A stretch of 64,000 nucleotides of DNA from Chrysemys picta bellii (lineage: Eukaryota): assembly GCF_011386835.1 (NCBI RefSeq), contig NC_088802.1, forward strand, positions 54,746,001 to 54,810,000, read 5' to 3'. The translations under genes and the position numbers were made by a program. The notes beneath the pieces were generated by a model, which did no database searches, was not told where the DNA came from, and was given only the letters and a program-made list of their open reading frames with translations. Each line of letters starts with the position of its first letter. The first letter of the stretch is position 1. This document shows, one piece after another, positions 36,201 to 48,714 of the stretch.

Positions 36201-39200
36201 TTTCCCTTCCCTGCCTCCTGCAGGTTAGTTGCAGCTCAGGGTTTATAGTGGGGCAGCCCCCTCGCCCTGCAGCCGTTCCTGTAGCCCCACCAGCTCTGGC
36301 AGGAGCGCAGGCCCTTCCGCGTCTCCCCAGGGCTCTGCCCGGCCCCGCTTGCTGGGGCGGATGGTTGTGCTCGGGGGGTGGGGTAGGTTGGAACTAACCC
36401 CACGATCTGCACCACAAGCCCAGGAGTGGGAGTTGGTGGGTTTCCCGTGGTTCTGAGCCACGGGGCGCAGGATTCGCTCAGCAGGAGCAGCCCCTGGGCC
36501 CACTGGGTCAGACTCTGTAAAGGTGAGAGGGGCGCGGGTGCCAGGGTCACAGATCCCACGCTCGGGTCCCTCCTCCAGAGGGGACGTGGTGCGACACTGC
36601 GCAGCGTCACTCAGCCGCCCCCCTTCTCCGCCCATCTTCTCTCTCTGCTTAGCGCTCACTCCCGCTCTCTTCTCTGGACCGTGCCACATGGGGCTGCTTT
36701 GTTTTCTGTGCACTCGGAAATCCTGAACCAGCCCTGGCCCTGGCCCTGGCCAGGCAAACCAGACTCAGCCCAGGCCCCACATGACCCCAGGGGCCCTGGT
36801 CTAACCACCATGCAGGGGCTGGGAGCCAGGGCCCCACGGATTTCTGGATCCCCCTTTCCGAAAGCCCAGATCTGAGTCAGTAACCAGCTGACTACACCCA
36901 GCTAAACCCTCCAGGCCGACAAGCAAACCGGGCTAGTGGACATGTGCCCCTGCATTGCCCACCCCGGAGTGACCCACACATCCCGCCTCACCCCCAGCCC
37001 CATGGGGGAAGGGCAGAAAATGGGAAGTGGGGAGGATTTCGCAGTTATCAGTGGCTCTGGTAACATATTAACAGCCCAGAGCTGGGAAAGGCCATAGGTC
37101 AGTTGCCTGGTGCAGGCTGCCCTGGACCCGCCTGGGCTAGTTTGCAAGGACACTGATTTCCCAGCCTCACGGATCCCGCAGCTGGGGAACCGAACAGTGC
37201 CCTGCGAGCCAGCCGCCGCTGCAGCACGGCTCCGTTCCCCACCGCTACCCAGCCTCCAGCTCTGCGAGGTGCACGCCAGGCGAGGCCCCGGGCCCAGCCC
37301 GAAGGCTCACGAGGGGGCTGCCATGGGATTGCCCCAGCCCCGCACCCCAGCCAGCTGGTGTTTACCAGGCACCTCGCCAGCAGCATGGGGGTAGCCAAGC
37401 AACGAGTGTGTGTTTAAGCTCCTCGTGGCCACGAGCTGGCCTCATAAACAAACCACGCTGGCCTTTCCAACAGCCCATCCAGGGAGCGCAAAGGGCAGAG
37501 GGGACGGGAAACCCAGCTGCCTCCAGCACTCCCAAGCGCTTGCCTTTGATGCCATGGGCGGCGTTCGTGGTACTGTTTATGTCCCTCCACCCTGAGCCAC
37601 GCAAAGCCAGATCTCAGCCAAGACGCCCAGCTGGGGCTGAGCGTGGGACTGGGACCGGGCCCAGCGGCGGGCCGAGCCCTCCTGGCCAGGGGGGCCTTGG
37701 CTAACATCTAGGACGGGCGTCCGGGGGTAGAGAGCCCTGCTCGGTGCAAGGAGCCCGCTGCGGGTAGTTGACTCCAGCTTCCAACCGCTGCTATTAGCCA
37801 GTCCCTTCTCTGCCAGGCCCAGCCCTGGGGGCTGCTCAGGACAGGCGGAAGTGACGGACCAGAGCGTCGGGGGTAAATACAGCGAGGGTGGGGGTAACCT
37901 GCGCTCTCCAGATGGGTCTGACTAGCCCAGCGGGGTTTGACCTGCAGCAGCTGCTCAGAAAGGCCGTAATCTGCCTGGGGAGGGCTCGGGCTGACGTGGG
38001 CTGTGTCGACGCTTGAGACGCTCCGTACGTAGGGCTAGGTTGGCAGCTCCGGCTCTCGGGGGGTGGATTTTTCAGGGGAGATCAGCGCTCAGAGGCTCCC
38101 ACGCTGGCTACTGCCCAGCCCGTTGTTTCCTGGGCACGGCGATCAGCGCTTTGTCCTGCCTGCCCTTGGGCTCCCTGGGCTGCCAGCAGACGGCTCGGGG
38201 CTGCCAGCAGGTGAGGTGTGTGAACAGCACGGCTCCTCTCGCGCCCGGCAGGCAGGGCTCGCTCTGTTCATTCCGCCGGCCGCGGGGGCTGTGCCCAGCT
38301 GATGCGGACCCTGGCCGTGCCCTCTCGCGTGGCACAGACGGCTCTGGCCGCGCGCCTGGCTGCCTGGGGCTCGGAAGGGAAGGGAATAAACAATGAGCCA
38401 GCTGGCTGAGGGGCTCGTCCGGCCGCCCTGCCTGTGCTGAGAGCCTGGTCTCTGGGCGTCTCAGACAGCACAGCCCAGGGGCTATCTGCATAGCGCTGGG
38501 CAGCTCAGCTGCAGCCAGTGACAGCCCGGGGTCGCGGCCAGTGGGGCTTTGCTTCATACCCAATCCCCTGGACACGCTGGGCAGAGTGAGGGGCACAGGG
38601 GAACGACCCCAGTAATGACAGGCGAGGCCCCGTCCAAAGCGGCAGGGAAGTGCTGGCTCCAGTGCGAAAATGCCCACCAGAGATGGGGATTTTCCCTCCG
38701 GGTTCTCAGAGTGTGGCCAAGGCTGAAGATTAGCCCACAGACCTGGCCGCTTTCACCGCCCGCTGCTCTTCCGGAATGTAACTAAGGTCCTGAAGCCACT
38801 GGTGGGTCTCAGTCCAGCTCCAAGGGCTCGTCCTAGGGAAACCTGGGCAGTAGCTGGCACCCCGTTGGCACAGCTGAGATGTCAGGGTCCAGCAAGGCCA
38901 TTGCAGAGCGCGGCTGCAGCGACCAAAGGTCACCCCCATGGTGGAAGGTTGTGGCTCCAAGCAGACTCGGCTTTTGGTGTTGTGCAGTGCTTGGGTAAAA
39001 ATCACAGCTCTTGAACGTAAGCTCCTGTTGCTTGAATGCAAAGGACAATGCAGCTATGTGGATTCCACTCGCCCCTGCAGCTGGGCCCTGCGGCGCTGGG
39101 CACAACCCGCTTTATCCAGCCTGTATCTGTGGGGCGACAGAGGACGCCAGTCGGCAGGCCTGTCCGCCCAGCACCTTCCACCAGCATTGAATTTCCGTTT

Positions 39201-42200
39201 GAAAGAAAACCCAAGAATGGAGTGACGCGATGCTGTCGTCAGAGCCGGCCAGACCCAGGCAGGCAGGGGCTGCGGAGCAGATCAACACCAACAGGAAATC
39301 TTTTGTGCAAACACCGCGAGCAAAGCCAAAGTGACACTCCGCTGGTCGGCGGAACAGCCCTGCCTTTGTCCAGGTGCAGCAGGTGAAGCAAATTGGCTTC
39401 TAGCGACTCCCCTTGCCAAGAGGGACCCCTGCTGGGGAATCCACCACAACAGGGGCGGGAGCTCAGTGCCCCCACTGCCTGGCTCTGGGCCAGTGCCCAC
39501 GCTTTGGATTCTTTCCTTATATCCTTGGTTGCTGTTGGAGGAGAAAGTGGGTCAGCAGGCGAGTGAATTGGCCGGTCCCAAGGTGGCTGGCAGAGCGTAC
39601 CCCATGGGCACCTGCTATTGGGGTCCACAGCTTTTCATTCACATTGGGCGACCCCTGCTGGAGGATCTCGGGGTACCTCTGCACCGGGCCATGCAATTCC
39701 CCCCACCCCCGAGCTCTTTTGCCAGAGCCACCGAGCTGCCAGAGCATTAGCAGGAAACCTGGCGTGAGCTGAGAGCCCCACGAGCAAGGCAGCCGCACGC
39801 CAGCCTGCCAAGAGGGCGCAGGCTGCTCTCGGGGGGGGCCGTTCCCGGCCGTCCCCGCCAGGCTGGCTCTGCTTCTGCACTAACTGCCTTTGGAGGAGCA
39901 GCAAGAGCTGCAGCGAGTTCCATCTCCCCTGGGGCTCCCTGTAATTGTTCCCGGTGAACTCGGTCTCTTTGTTTGCACCTGGTACAAACACCTGCAGCGG
40001 CCGGGGCTGGGGGAGGGGCCCTTCTGCTTCACCCAGGGTTTGCAGAGGAAAGCAGGACAGACACCTGCCCAGCACAGAGCAAGCCCTGCGATCCATGGAG
40101 CTGCTGCCCGAGCCAGGCAGGCCCTCCCCGGCACGGCGGAGCCAGGGTGCTGAAGCCCCAGGGACTGTATTCGCTCAAGGGGCCTTGCTCGCTGCGGGCC
40201 TCCTGCAGTGCAGCGGTAAGGTTTGCAGAGGTATCAACGTCCCTACATAAAACCATGCATGGAAATGCACCGAGCAGGGAGCTAGGCCGACGCATGCAGG
40301 TAAAAACTCAGGGGAATGAGGGGCTTCTATGGAGTGGTGCGTGCAGGGAGCCCAGGAGCCCAAGGGGGATGCACCAAGCCTTCACTTCCAAGAGCACAAG
40401 CACCGGGCGCTAATTGAACTGTTCCCAGCTGACACAAGCCCTGTGTCGGGACAGGGCGTGTCACACGACAGCCAAATTCTAGAGCTGCATTAGACACGGG
40501 AAAAAACTCTCTTTCAATGAACCCTGGTGAAACCTCCCCAAAGGCCCAACAAGAACAGAGCTGGCTGGTCCCGATCAGTCAAATGACCCTGGAAAAGTGA
40601 GGAAACCAGCCGTCACGTAGGGCGAGCGCTTCACTGGTGTGGGAAACGTCAGGTGTATCGCAGGCGTCCTGTAGATCCAGCTCGGGGTCGGGGCCCTCCA
40701 TGGAGCTGGGCACAGGAACTCCCGCAGCCAAGGGCGAGTCCCTGCCCCAAAGAGCTTCCAACCTCGGTAGTAACAGAGCCGGGGCCTACGCCAACCTGAT
40801 TACAGAACAAGCCCCACCTGAGGGGCCTGGGCACTGCCTTATAAAGGGCAGAAGGTGGCTGCAGGGGAGAGGGAGAGCCTGGCTTGAGTGGGGATGAAGC
40901 CCAGCTGTGGGGGGAGAACCAGGTAGGCTGCTCAGCGCAGGGAGGCCTGGGAGAGACCCGGCTTAAGCAGGGAAGAGACTGGGGAGAATGTAAGAGGCTT
41001 AGTAGGAAGTGGCCCAGGGAAAGCAGAAGACCTAGCTCTGGACTACAGGGGCTGGGGCGGAACTCTTGCAGGGGGGCTGCAAGCTGAGCCCTGAAGGCAG
41101 ACTGAGGAATAGCCCAGAGAGGGCGGGAGGGAGGGGTTTGGTTGTGGTAAAGACAGGTTGGGACGCTTAGTTTGGACAGTGGTGACCGCGGAAGGGGGGG
41201 ACCCAGCTGAGTCACGGGAGATCCCCACGGTGCTGGGGGGGGTGGGGGAGAGCTGCTCTGCCACAGCTGGTCACTGCAATGGGGCAGGGCAGGGGGCAGT
41301 CACCTGGGGGTGTCCCAGCCCTCAGCAAAGAGAGACACAGAGCAGGGGCTGGATCAGCTGGAGCCAGGCGTGTGGGGCCTCTCACTGGGCTCCCGGGCAC
41401 GCTGGCCCAGCACCTTTGCCAAGTCCCCATGATGACACAGGAAGCAGCTGCCAGATTTTCATCTTGCTGACTTTGGGACGGGTGCCCCACCCCGCTGGGC
41501 TGCAGGGCAGGGCTGAGTGCACGGCCCAGGAGCTCAGCCCAGAGAGCGAGACAAACAGGCAGGGGCAGGGGGAAGATGTTTCCCACTCCGGCGGCTTCGC
41601 CAGCCTGAGCTATGGAAGTAGCGGGGGCCTGGCCGGCCCAGGCCATGGCCAAAGAACACTGCCCAGGAGAGCGGAGTTTGGCGCAGGGGCTCGGTGGGCC
41701 CGATCCAGGGAGGTGCCAAGCGCCCTCTGCTCGCCGACCCCACCCTGCCATAATCCTCCCCCCACCCAGGTGGCTGCAGGGCCGGTTGGATTCCCCCAGC
41801 CGGTTCCGTCACAAACAGCTGCTGTGCCAGGAGCCCTCTGCGCTCGGCCTGACGTGCCAACCTCGGGGGCCATAGATCCGCCCAGCAGCCAGGTTCTGCT
41901 CCTTCCGGCAGTGTGCTGGGCGGGGGTGCAGCACGCTGCCCGGGCTCAGGGGAACCTGGGGCAGTTTCAAGCCCATGAACCGTGGTCTGGAGAAGGGTAG
42001 GGTGGGGCAGAGAGTGAACGTGGGTGGAAGGGGGGCAGCTGCTGGGCTACCTTACCTGGCAATGCTACCTCAGGAGGTGGGTTGGGGGCACTAGGCTGGT
42101 TACATAGGGCATGGAGCAGGCAGACCCAGCACCCCAGGGGGCAGGGATTAATATTCCTTCCTGCCCCCCGTCTCCAGGCCCAGGCTGGCTCCGGGTTATG

Positions 42201-43669
42201 CGGGCAGAGGCTCCAACCACAACCCTTTGCAGGCTGTGCCAGGGTAGAACGTGAGCCTCCCGCCGGCCAGGGAAGGTCACTGCAGTCGGGCTGGGAGTGG
42301 GGGCAAGGGGCTGAGCCCCGGAGCTGATCTGTCTCTGTGGGGCGGGGCTGGCAGTGCCCAGGCCTGTGATTAGCGCATCAGGAAAGAGCCTGACCGTCAC
42401 CAGCCATAATTACCCCTTGGAGAGACGAGTGGAGCGCGGCTCATGTCCCAGCACAAGGCCTCAGCGTCTGTTCAAACAAACAGGGAGTGCTCTCCTTGGT
42501 GGAGTGTGTCTGGGGGACAAGTGGGGGGGCCCTCAGCAGGGACCAGTCAAGGGCAGCCTGATGTCTGGCCCAGCAAACATCAGGACACCCAACAGCTTAG
42601 CCTCTCCCCCCCCAAACAAGCTGCCACTCGCCTCCCCCAGGGGCACTGGAACTCCTGGCGTCAAGAACGGGATCCACTCTCTAACGCCATGGTGTGGGGG
42701 CGCCCCAGCCCCACTGAATGCAGACAGAGTTCTCTGCTCAGCCTCGCCACCCTGCTCCTGCAAGGGGTGCCAAGGAGCTGGGATGGGGGAGGCTCAGTGG
42801 TTAGAAAGGGAGGAACCCAGGGGAACTAAAAGCTGTTAAAACTGATGGGGAACCCCCTCAGGGACCAGGGAGGTGAGGGCTGGGAACGGCATGCGTGTAG
42901 GACCTACTCAAAACAGGGGCTTGCTGAGGAAATGCCCCAAAGCCGTTCTCTTCCCCACCTCTCTGGGTGGGAGCAGAGGTGCTGGGTAAGGGGACCCCAG
43001 CCTCAGCGACAGGCAGAAGCTGCGGGAGGAGCGTCCAGCACGGAGGCAGACAGAGGGCTCAGGAGCAGCTGAGGCAGGAACTCCGCCCGACCTGGGGCAG
43101 GGTCTGGATGGGGGCCCCCCTTGTGCGTGCAGACAGGCCTGCAGGGGGCAGGCCAAAGACATGCTGCCCTGTCTAGCACCACCCCGTGACGGTCAGACCA
43201 CACCCTGCCTAAGGGAATCCCAACTCAAACCCTGGTTTTCTCCATAGCACATGGGGAAACTGAGGCACGGGCACACACAGCCCACCAGTTGCCCAGCAAG
43301 GCGGCAAAGAGAGCCTAGGAGTCCTGAGTTTCAAGCAGCGACTTTAGCGCACGGTCAATCTGCCTCGGGCTATGGAACAAGCCGTGCACCTAGCGGGAGC
43401 TGCAGCGATGGGCGCAGTATCCATGTGATAGTCTCCCCTTGCCAGAGGCCGGCAGTCATGCCCACGTTGGGGAATGCAGGTCAAGGGGAGGGGGCCAGTG
43501 GCTTGGCTAGCCAGGGCATGCTGCTGGGTGCAGACTGCCACCTGCCGGGGAGTCGTTGCTACTGCAGGGCAGGGAAGGAAGCAGACCCCTGCTCCGGGAT
43601 TAGGGGCAGGAAAGGTGGGTTCAAAGGGGTGAAGAAATGCGGGGGAGATTTCCATTCATTTTCCTGCTG

Positions 43670-43675
43670 TTTATT
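43670..43675 (-). terminator. Candidate CCDC137 polyA signal
   Basis: TTTATT on + (AATAAA on -), ~740 nt beyond the stop. Confidence 0.45.
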
Positions 43676-44413
43676 CAGTTTGCTCCTTCAGCCAAACATT
43701 CCCAAGCTGCGGGTGGCAGGAGCAGCCTGCCGGCTCTGCGGCCACCCCGGGGGCCTGCCCTGCATGTGCCCGGTGAGGGTGAGGGGCTAAGGGACACAAA
43801 CAGGCCGCTCAGCGCGAGTGTTTCGTATCAGCGGGTTCGGCACCTCCGGGCGCCGGCCCAGTGAGCTCCCCCGGCCGAGAAGGCAGGCAGCACTCGGAGA
43901 GCAGCAGGGATACATGGCCACGAATAGGCTTTTCCAGCGCCTCCCTTTACCCTTCCTTCCGCACAGAGCCCAAGCCATGGCGCTGTGCCTGCCTCCTGCC
44001 GCTAACACCGTGTCGCCTCTGGGCTGGGCCTGCGAGCGACAAGGAGCGGATCCCAAAGGCTGGGTCTGGGGGCTGGAGTGACCTGCACCCTCCCGTCCCA
44101 GGTGGTTCTGCTCTGGCAGGAAGGGGGCAGAGCAGAGTTCTGGGGCCTGATGCAGCATGTTGCACCAGGTGAGGGGCTGGCTGCTGTGGGTGCTTGGCTA
44201 AGAGCCTTGTGCTCCACACACTGCGGGAGGGGCTGAGAGATCCTCCTGGGCCTGTGTCCTGGTGACTCAGTCAGACTGACTGGGGAGGGCTCCTCCCTCT
44301 ACAGCAGATCCCTGGAACACCTGAGGACACCTCTCACCACATCAGCATCCCCACATGTACTGAGAGACCAAAGCCACGTCTCCGCCCCAGGACGGCACTG
44401 GCTGCCCGAGGGC

Positions 44414-44626
44414 TCAGACTGGCGTCTCCTGCTTGTCCCCCGCGAGGCAGCTCTCAGGCGCCTGCTGCTGTTTGCGTTTCTTTAGGTTCCTGTAGGCCTG
44501 GATGACCCTCTCCCGCTCCTCCTCCACGATGCGCTGGCGAGCGAGGGACATGGGGGCAACTTTGCAGGCAGGAGCCACGTGGCCAGGAGCCAGGAGAGCC
44601 GTCAGCAGGAGCTGCCTCGGACCAGC
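44414..44626 (-). CDS. CCDC137: CCDC137 exon 6 (last)
   Basis: Acceptor tttccatttctgtag; encodes AGPRQLLLTALL...SLARQRIVEEERERVIQAYRNLKKRKQQQ...ETPV* and matches the human motif SLARQRIVEEERERAVQAYR. Confidence 0.92.
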   Translation of the reverse strand, partial: AGPRQLLLTALLAPGHVAPACKVAPMSLARQRIVEEERERVIQAYRNLKKRKQQQAPESCLAGDKQETPV

Positions 44627-44932
44627 CTACAGAAATGGAAAGAGAGCCGCTGAGACTCGACACGTTAAGGGACAGAGGGTCAATGCCAGGAACGGAGCCC
44701 ACCGCAGAGCGGGGCGCAGGGAGAAGGCACCTGCCAAAGGGCAGCAACTGATGCCAGGGGCTTCCAAGTCTCTACTGTCAAGAGGCACCATGGTGCCAGC
44801 AGGTTGGTGCCACTCCGCTTTTGTCCTTCCGGAGAGCTGGCTTCAAGTCCAGGGCCCTAGCAAGAGAGTTTGGCAACCCCATAACTTGCAAATTCTGCTC
44901 AGGGCTGAAATGAGATGGGAGCAACAGCTTAC

Positions 44933-45012
44933 CTTCTCTTTGATTACCCCCTTTCTGGGCTTCACAGTAAGCGCTGGCGGCTGCATGGCGACCTCGCCAA
45001 ACTGGACTGGAT
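44933..45012 (-). CDS. CCDC137: CCDC137 exon 5
   Basis: Acceptor ccttcctttcag, donor GTAAGC; encodes (D)PVQFGEVAMQPPALTVKPRKGVIKEK (human DTVKFGEVVLQPPEL). Confidence 0.92.
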
Positions 45013-45084
45013 CTGAAAGGAAGGGGCAGGGGAGGAGACGGATGTTGCTCGAGATCTTGGACGTGGTGCGAGTGTAGCCCATAG

Positions 45085-45339
45085 CATTATTTTGCCAGCT
45101 ATTCTATCCTACTAATCCAGCCAGCCGTATTAATTAACATGTTTCGTTTTCTAAAATTAATCCATTTATTCTTATATTTTATCAGTATTAATTCCTTGGA
45201 ATTTAGGGTGCATTGAGACATGTGTTGCGTAATAATAGGCTTCTTGCATTTCAGCAAAACTTATCGGCCTGTAAAATCTGCTCTACAGCAAAAAGTAGAA
45301 TTAGTTATGAATAGGTCAGCATAAAAGCTGGCAACCCTT
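45085..45339. mobile_element. Possible degenerate hAT-like MITE
   Basis: AT-rich block bounded by TTGCCAGCT (45092-45100) and AGCTGGCAA(CCCT) (45326-45338); the right end resembles MER53-type TIRs. Confidence 0.35.
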
Positions 45340-46290
45340 GGCACCGATAAGAATGGTCCCTGAACTTTGGGGAACCAAAGGGAGGAACTATCCACATCAC
45401 ATCACAGGTTTATCCGGCTTCTGCAACCGGTTGGTAACTACAGGGTACACCACAACTCGCGGCCATCAAGAGAGCCTAGATTGGCAGTTTTGGAGTGAGA
45501 TAATCCTTATTAATATATTTAGAAAGTAAGTGTCATAATCCACTAACCTATAAGAGAAGGGTCCCCATAAATTTCTTAGGGTACAGAAATAAGATGTGGG
45601 TATAGTAGGTTGGGCCTATATTACATAGGGCAGGATCCTATAAAATACCTTGTAAGAGAGCTCTTAGTAAGTTAGGTTAGTTTTCACTCCTCTAAATTCT
45701 AAGCTCTTAACTCCTAGAGCTTCGGTTTCTTGGAGTGCTTTTCATCTATCTATCTATTCTATCTTCTATCACGTTGTCACCTCAGCTTGTGCAGCAGAAC
45801 TACTCAACGTTCCTAGCCATTAGGGAAGCCAGCACCATCGTGTAATCAGGCATGCCAGAAGTGAGGCTGGTCCTTCACCTCCTATTACCAGGCTCTCGAG
45901 GAAAGGTGTGAGTATGTTAGGTTAAGGTACTTATAATAAAAATGTTACCCCCAGAAGTTTTGAAATTCTTTTACAGTTTTGCAGTTAAGTTTCATTGCAT
46001 TCTTTATTTTTATGTTAATGGCAATAAAAATTTTATCAATTTGGTATTGTCCTCAGTGTATGCGTTCTTGCCAAGCACCCCCAGAGTCCTCTCCTAATAC
46101 AGAACTCTCTGAGTTCTTAAACTCTGTAGTCTAAATTGGATAAAAACCTATAAATCTTCTGGTTGAATGCGATCAGTGGCAAGCCATAAAAACTAACCCA
46201 TCAAATTCAGGTCAACACGAGTCAGCAGAGACACCCAACAGCTCCCACCACCCCAAAGCTCTTTAAAGACCCAGTATGTACAGTGATTGC
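45340..46290. other. Unclassified AT-rich insertion in CCDC137 intron 4 (solo LTR or pLTR-like)
   Basis: Abrupt compositional shift; TATAAAA at 45639, AATAAA at 45935 and 46023; no recognisable ORF. Confidence 0.4.
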
Positions 46291-46665
46291 TACGGAAATG
46301 CGGCCGCCTCTGGGGAGAGCCGCTTTGAACAGCGCTGCAGAACAGCACAGCGCAGGGAGTGAAGCAGAATCCCAAGCTTAACAAGGATCTGCAGGCAGCA
46401 TTTCGCGAGGCAGGCTGGAGGAAGTACTGCCCCATCAGCAAGCTATTGTCTGGGCCCCACAGTGTGTTCCCAGGAAGCTCCCTGGGCGTATGCAGCCCAT
46501 CACGGAGCCAGGAAAATAGGAGCCAAGGAAGCAAGAGAACTTGGGACCAAATTTCAGGTAACGCAAACCTCCTCTACACCCCTCCCCCTGGGTATGGCGA
46601 AGGGCCAGGGCTCCATGTCCCAGCCCGAAGCCAGCACAGGACTGCCGATCCGTACCCGCTCCTAC

Positions 46666-46748
46666 CTTGGAACAAGGCCTTCTCCAGCATCGCTGCTTTC
46701 TTCTCCTCTCGCTTCTTTCGCATTTTCTCCAGTCGTTTATTCTGAAAT
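46666..46748 (-). CDS. CCDC137: CCDC137 exon 4
   Basis: Acceptor catccttag, donor GTAGGA; encodes (E)FQNKRLEKMRKKREEKKAAMLEKALFQ, phase 2 in and phase 1 out. Confidence 0.9.
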
Positions 46749-47441
46749 CTAAGGATGCCGAGATGGGTCATTTAGAGGGGATGGAGAGCTTGTTAATGAA
46801 AGGGTGCTGGGGGTGGGAGGAAGGGTGCTAATGCTCTGATTAGAACAGTCCCATCTGCAGGATTTAAATCTGACTCAGACTGCGAGCTTCCGGGGCAGGG
46901 GGCGTCTCTTACTACTTGTGTGTGCAGCACCTTGCGCACCGAGGGCCCCTGATCTTTAACCTGACACTATCCCTTTAAGAGCTGAACTCCACTCCCTCCC
47001 CACCCCAGCCTTCTGGGTATCACGCAGGTGCAGCAGCCTCCTCAGAGCGGGTCTGCACAGGCTGCCCTGCGTGAGCTCAGTACCAGCTGCTGGATGGCTG
47101 ATGATGGGCGATGCTGCCCCCCGGAGGGAAAGTTCCTGTACTGGCCCCAGGGGGAGGATAGGACCCGTCTCTGCCATGGCTGGTGTCAGTTAATTGCTCC
47201 CTCTGGGGACTGGCTTGGTCTCCTCCCCTCCCCTCAGTAATGCAACTCCAGTGCCAACAGGATAAGCAGCGATTTCTGAAGGCAGGAGCGGATTCTGCAT
47301 TTGCTGCTCAGGCAAGCCCCTGCTGCAGCCACTAGGAACCGCGACTGGGCCCCACGCAGCCACTAGGAGCCGTGACTGGGTCCCACGCAGCAACATCGGA
47401 GCATTCCCTTGGCCTCCGCATGAGCTAACCCCCAGACCTAC

Positions 47442-47652
47442 TCCTTCTTCTTCTGTGACTTCTCTGGGGCCGGCTCCTCAGTCTCAGGCTCGCGCTGCAG
47501 CTGGTTTTTGGTAAGGAACAGGACATGCTGGGTCTCCTGCTCCATGCGCTGGATGTAAGCCGACACCGACTCTTGCTTCCGCCTCTTGAACTTGGGCACG
47601 GGAATATCACCCTGGGCTGCAGGATCTGGGGCCGCAGGCTTCCTTTTGCTCA
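47442..47652 (-). CDS. CCDC137: CCDC137 exon 3
   Basis: Acceptor ttggctacag, donor GTAGGT; encodes (V)SKRKP...DIPVPKFKRRKQESVSAYIQRMEQETQHVLFLTKNQ (human DIAVPKFKQRKGESDGAYIHRMQQEAQHVLFLSKNQ). Confidence 0.9.
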
Positions 47653-48028
47653 CTGTAGCCAAGATCATAACAGCATTTGCCAGAGGAAGGGAGAAGAAAG
47701 ATCTGTGGGCTCTGGGAATTTGGAACTCAGATTTTTTTGGTTCCTAAGAAGAGCTGTAAACCCTCCTGTGTCAGAGCACGAGACAACTGTCAACGGACAT
47801 GGGGTAGGAGGAACAGTACCTGGTGGCAGATTATGCCAGAACTGGCCACCACTGGAACCAGGATATTCAATGGGAGGGACCTATGGTCTGATCCCCTGTG
47901 GTGGGGCCATGTCCCATTTTCAGTGAAGTCAACGTAAGTGGTGTAAACTAGGCCTAGTCTGTGTTTGGTGGGATCTTTCAGTTAATCTTTTAGTTAATAA
48001 GGTAGGTCCCAGGGAGGCTGGCCTTTAC

Positions 48029-48159
48029 CTGCTTTCCTTCTCTTCTTGCTCTTGGGGTTTTTCATCTCCTCTCTGCTCTTCATAAGCTCCCGGAGCCGAT
48101 AGGGGATTTCCTGCTCATCAAGATGTTTGGGCTTTGAGTTGGTTTTCTTTTTCTCTTGG
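48029..48159 (-). CDS. CCDC137: CCDC137 exon 2
   Basis: Acceptor ttccttttcag, donor GTAAAG; encodes (S)QEKKKTNSKPKHLDEQEIPYRLRELMKSREEMKNPKSKKRRKA. Confidence 0.93.
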
Positions 48160-48320
48160 CTGAAAAGGAAGAGACGTACCGAGGTCAGAAGCCGGGGACA
48201 GGGAAAGGTGCAGAACTCACTGCTGCAGCACGGACAGCCAAGTAAATGGGAGGCAGGGTCTGAGCTAAGAGAGAGGCCCAGTATCCACCTGACCATCCCT
48301 CTTCTCGCTGAGACAAGGCA

Positions 48321-48388
48321 GGGGAGGTAATATGTTTTAGTGGACCAGCTTTTGTTGAAGAAAGAGACAAACTTTTGAGCTTACAGAG
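48321..48388 (+). mobile_element. Left arm of a ~68 bp inverted repeat (Penelope-like terminus or palindromic element)
   Basis: ggggaggtaatatgttttagtggaccagcttttgttgaagaaagagacaaacttttgagcttacagag aligns to the reverse complement of 48715-48784. Confidence 0.6.
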
Positions 48389-48405
48389 CTCTGCACTAGG
48401 TTTAA

Positions 48406-48711
48406 TACACACAGCTGACCTGTGGAACTCCTTGCCAGAGGATGTTGTGGAGGCCAAGACTATAACAGAGTTCAAAAAAGAACCAGCCCAGTTCATGGAG
48501 GATAGGTCCATCAATGGCTATTAGCCAGGATGGGCAGGGAGGGTGTCCCTAGTCTCTGTTTGCCAGAAGCTGGGAAGGGGCGACAGGGGATGGATCACTT
48601 GATGATTCCCTGTTCTGTTCATTCCCTCTGGGCACCTGGCACGGGCCGCTGGTGGAAGACAGGACACTGGGCTAGATGGACCTTTGGTCTGACCCACTAT
48701 GGCAGTTCTTA
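48406..48711 (+). mobile_element. CR1 LINE 3' fragment (end of ORF2 plus 3' UTR)
   Basis: Typical turtle CR1 end: acctgtggaactccttgccagaggatgttgtg...tccatcaatggctattagccaggatggg...ctagatggacctttggtctgaccc...gttctta. Confidence 0.92.
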
Positions 48712-48714
48712 CGC

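Noticed and set aside
41158-42000. 280-aa ORF and other 150-280 aa ORFs (28524-29369, 31374-32108, 34998-35609)
   Set aside because: Low-complexity Gly/Pro/Ala/Arg composition expected by chance in GC-rich DNA; no recognisable domain or splice pattern.
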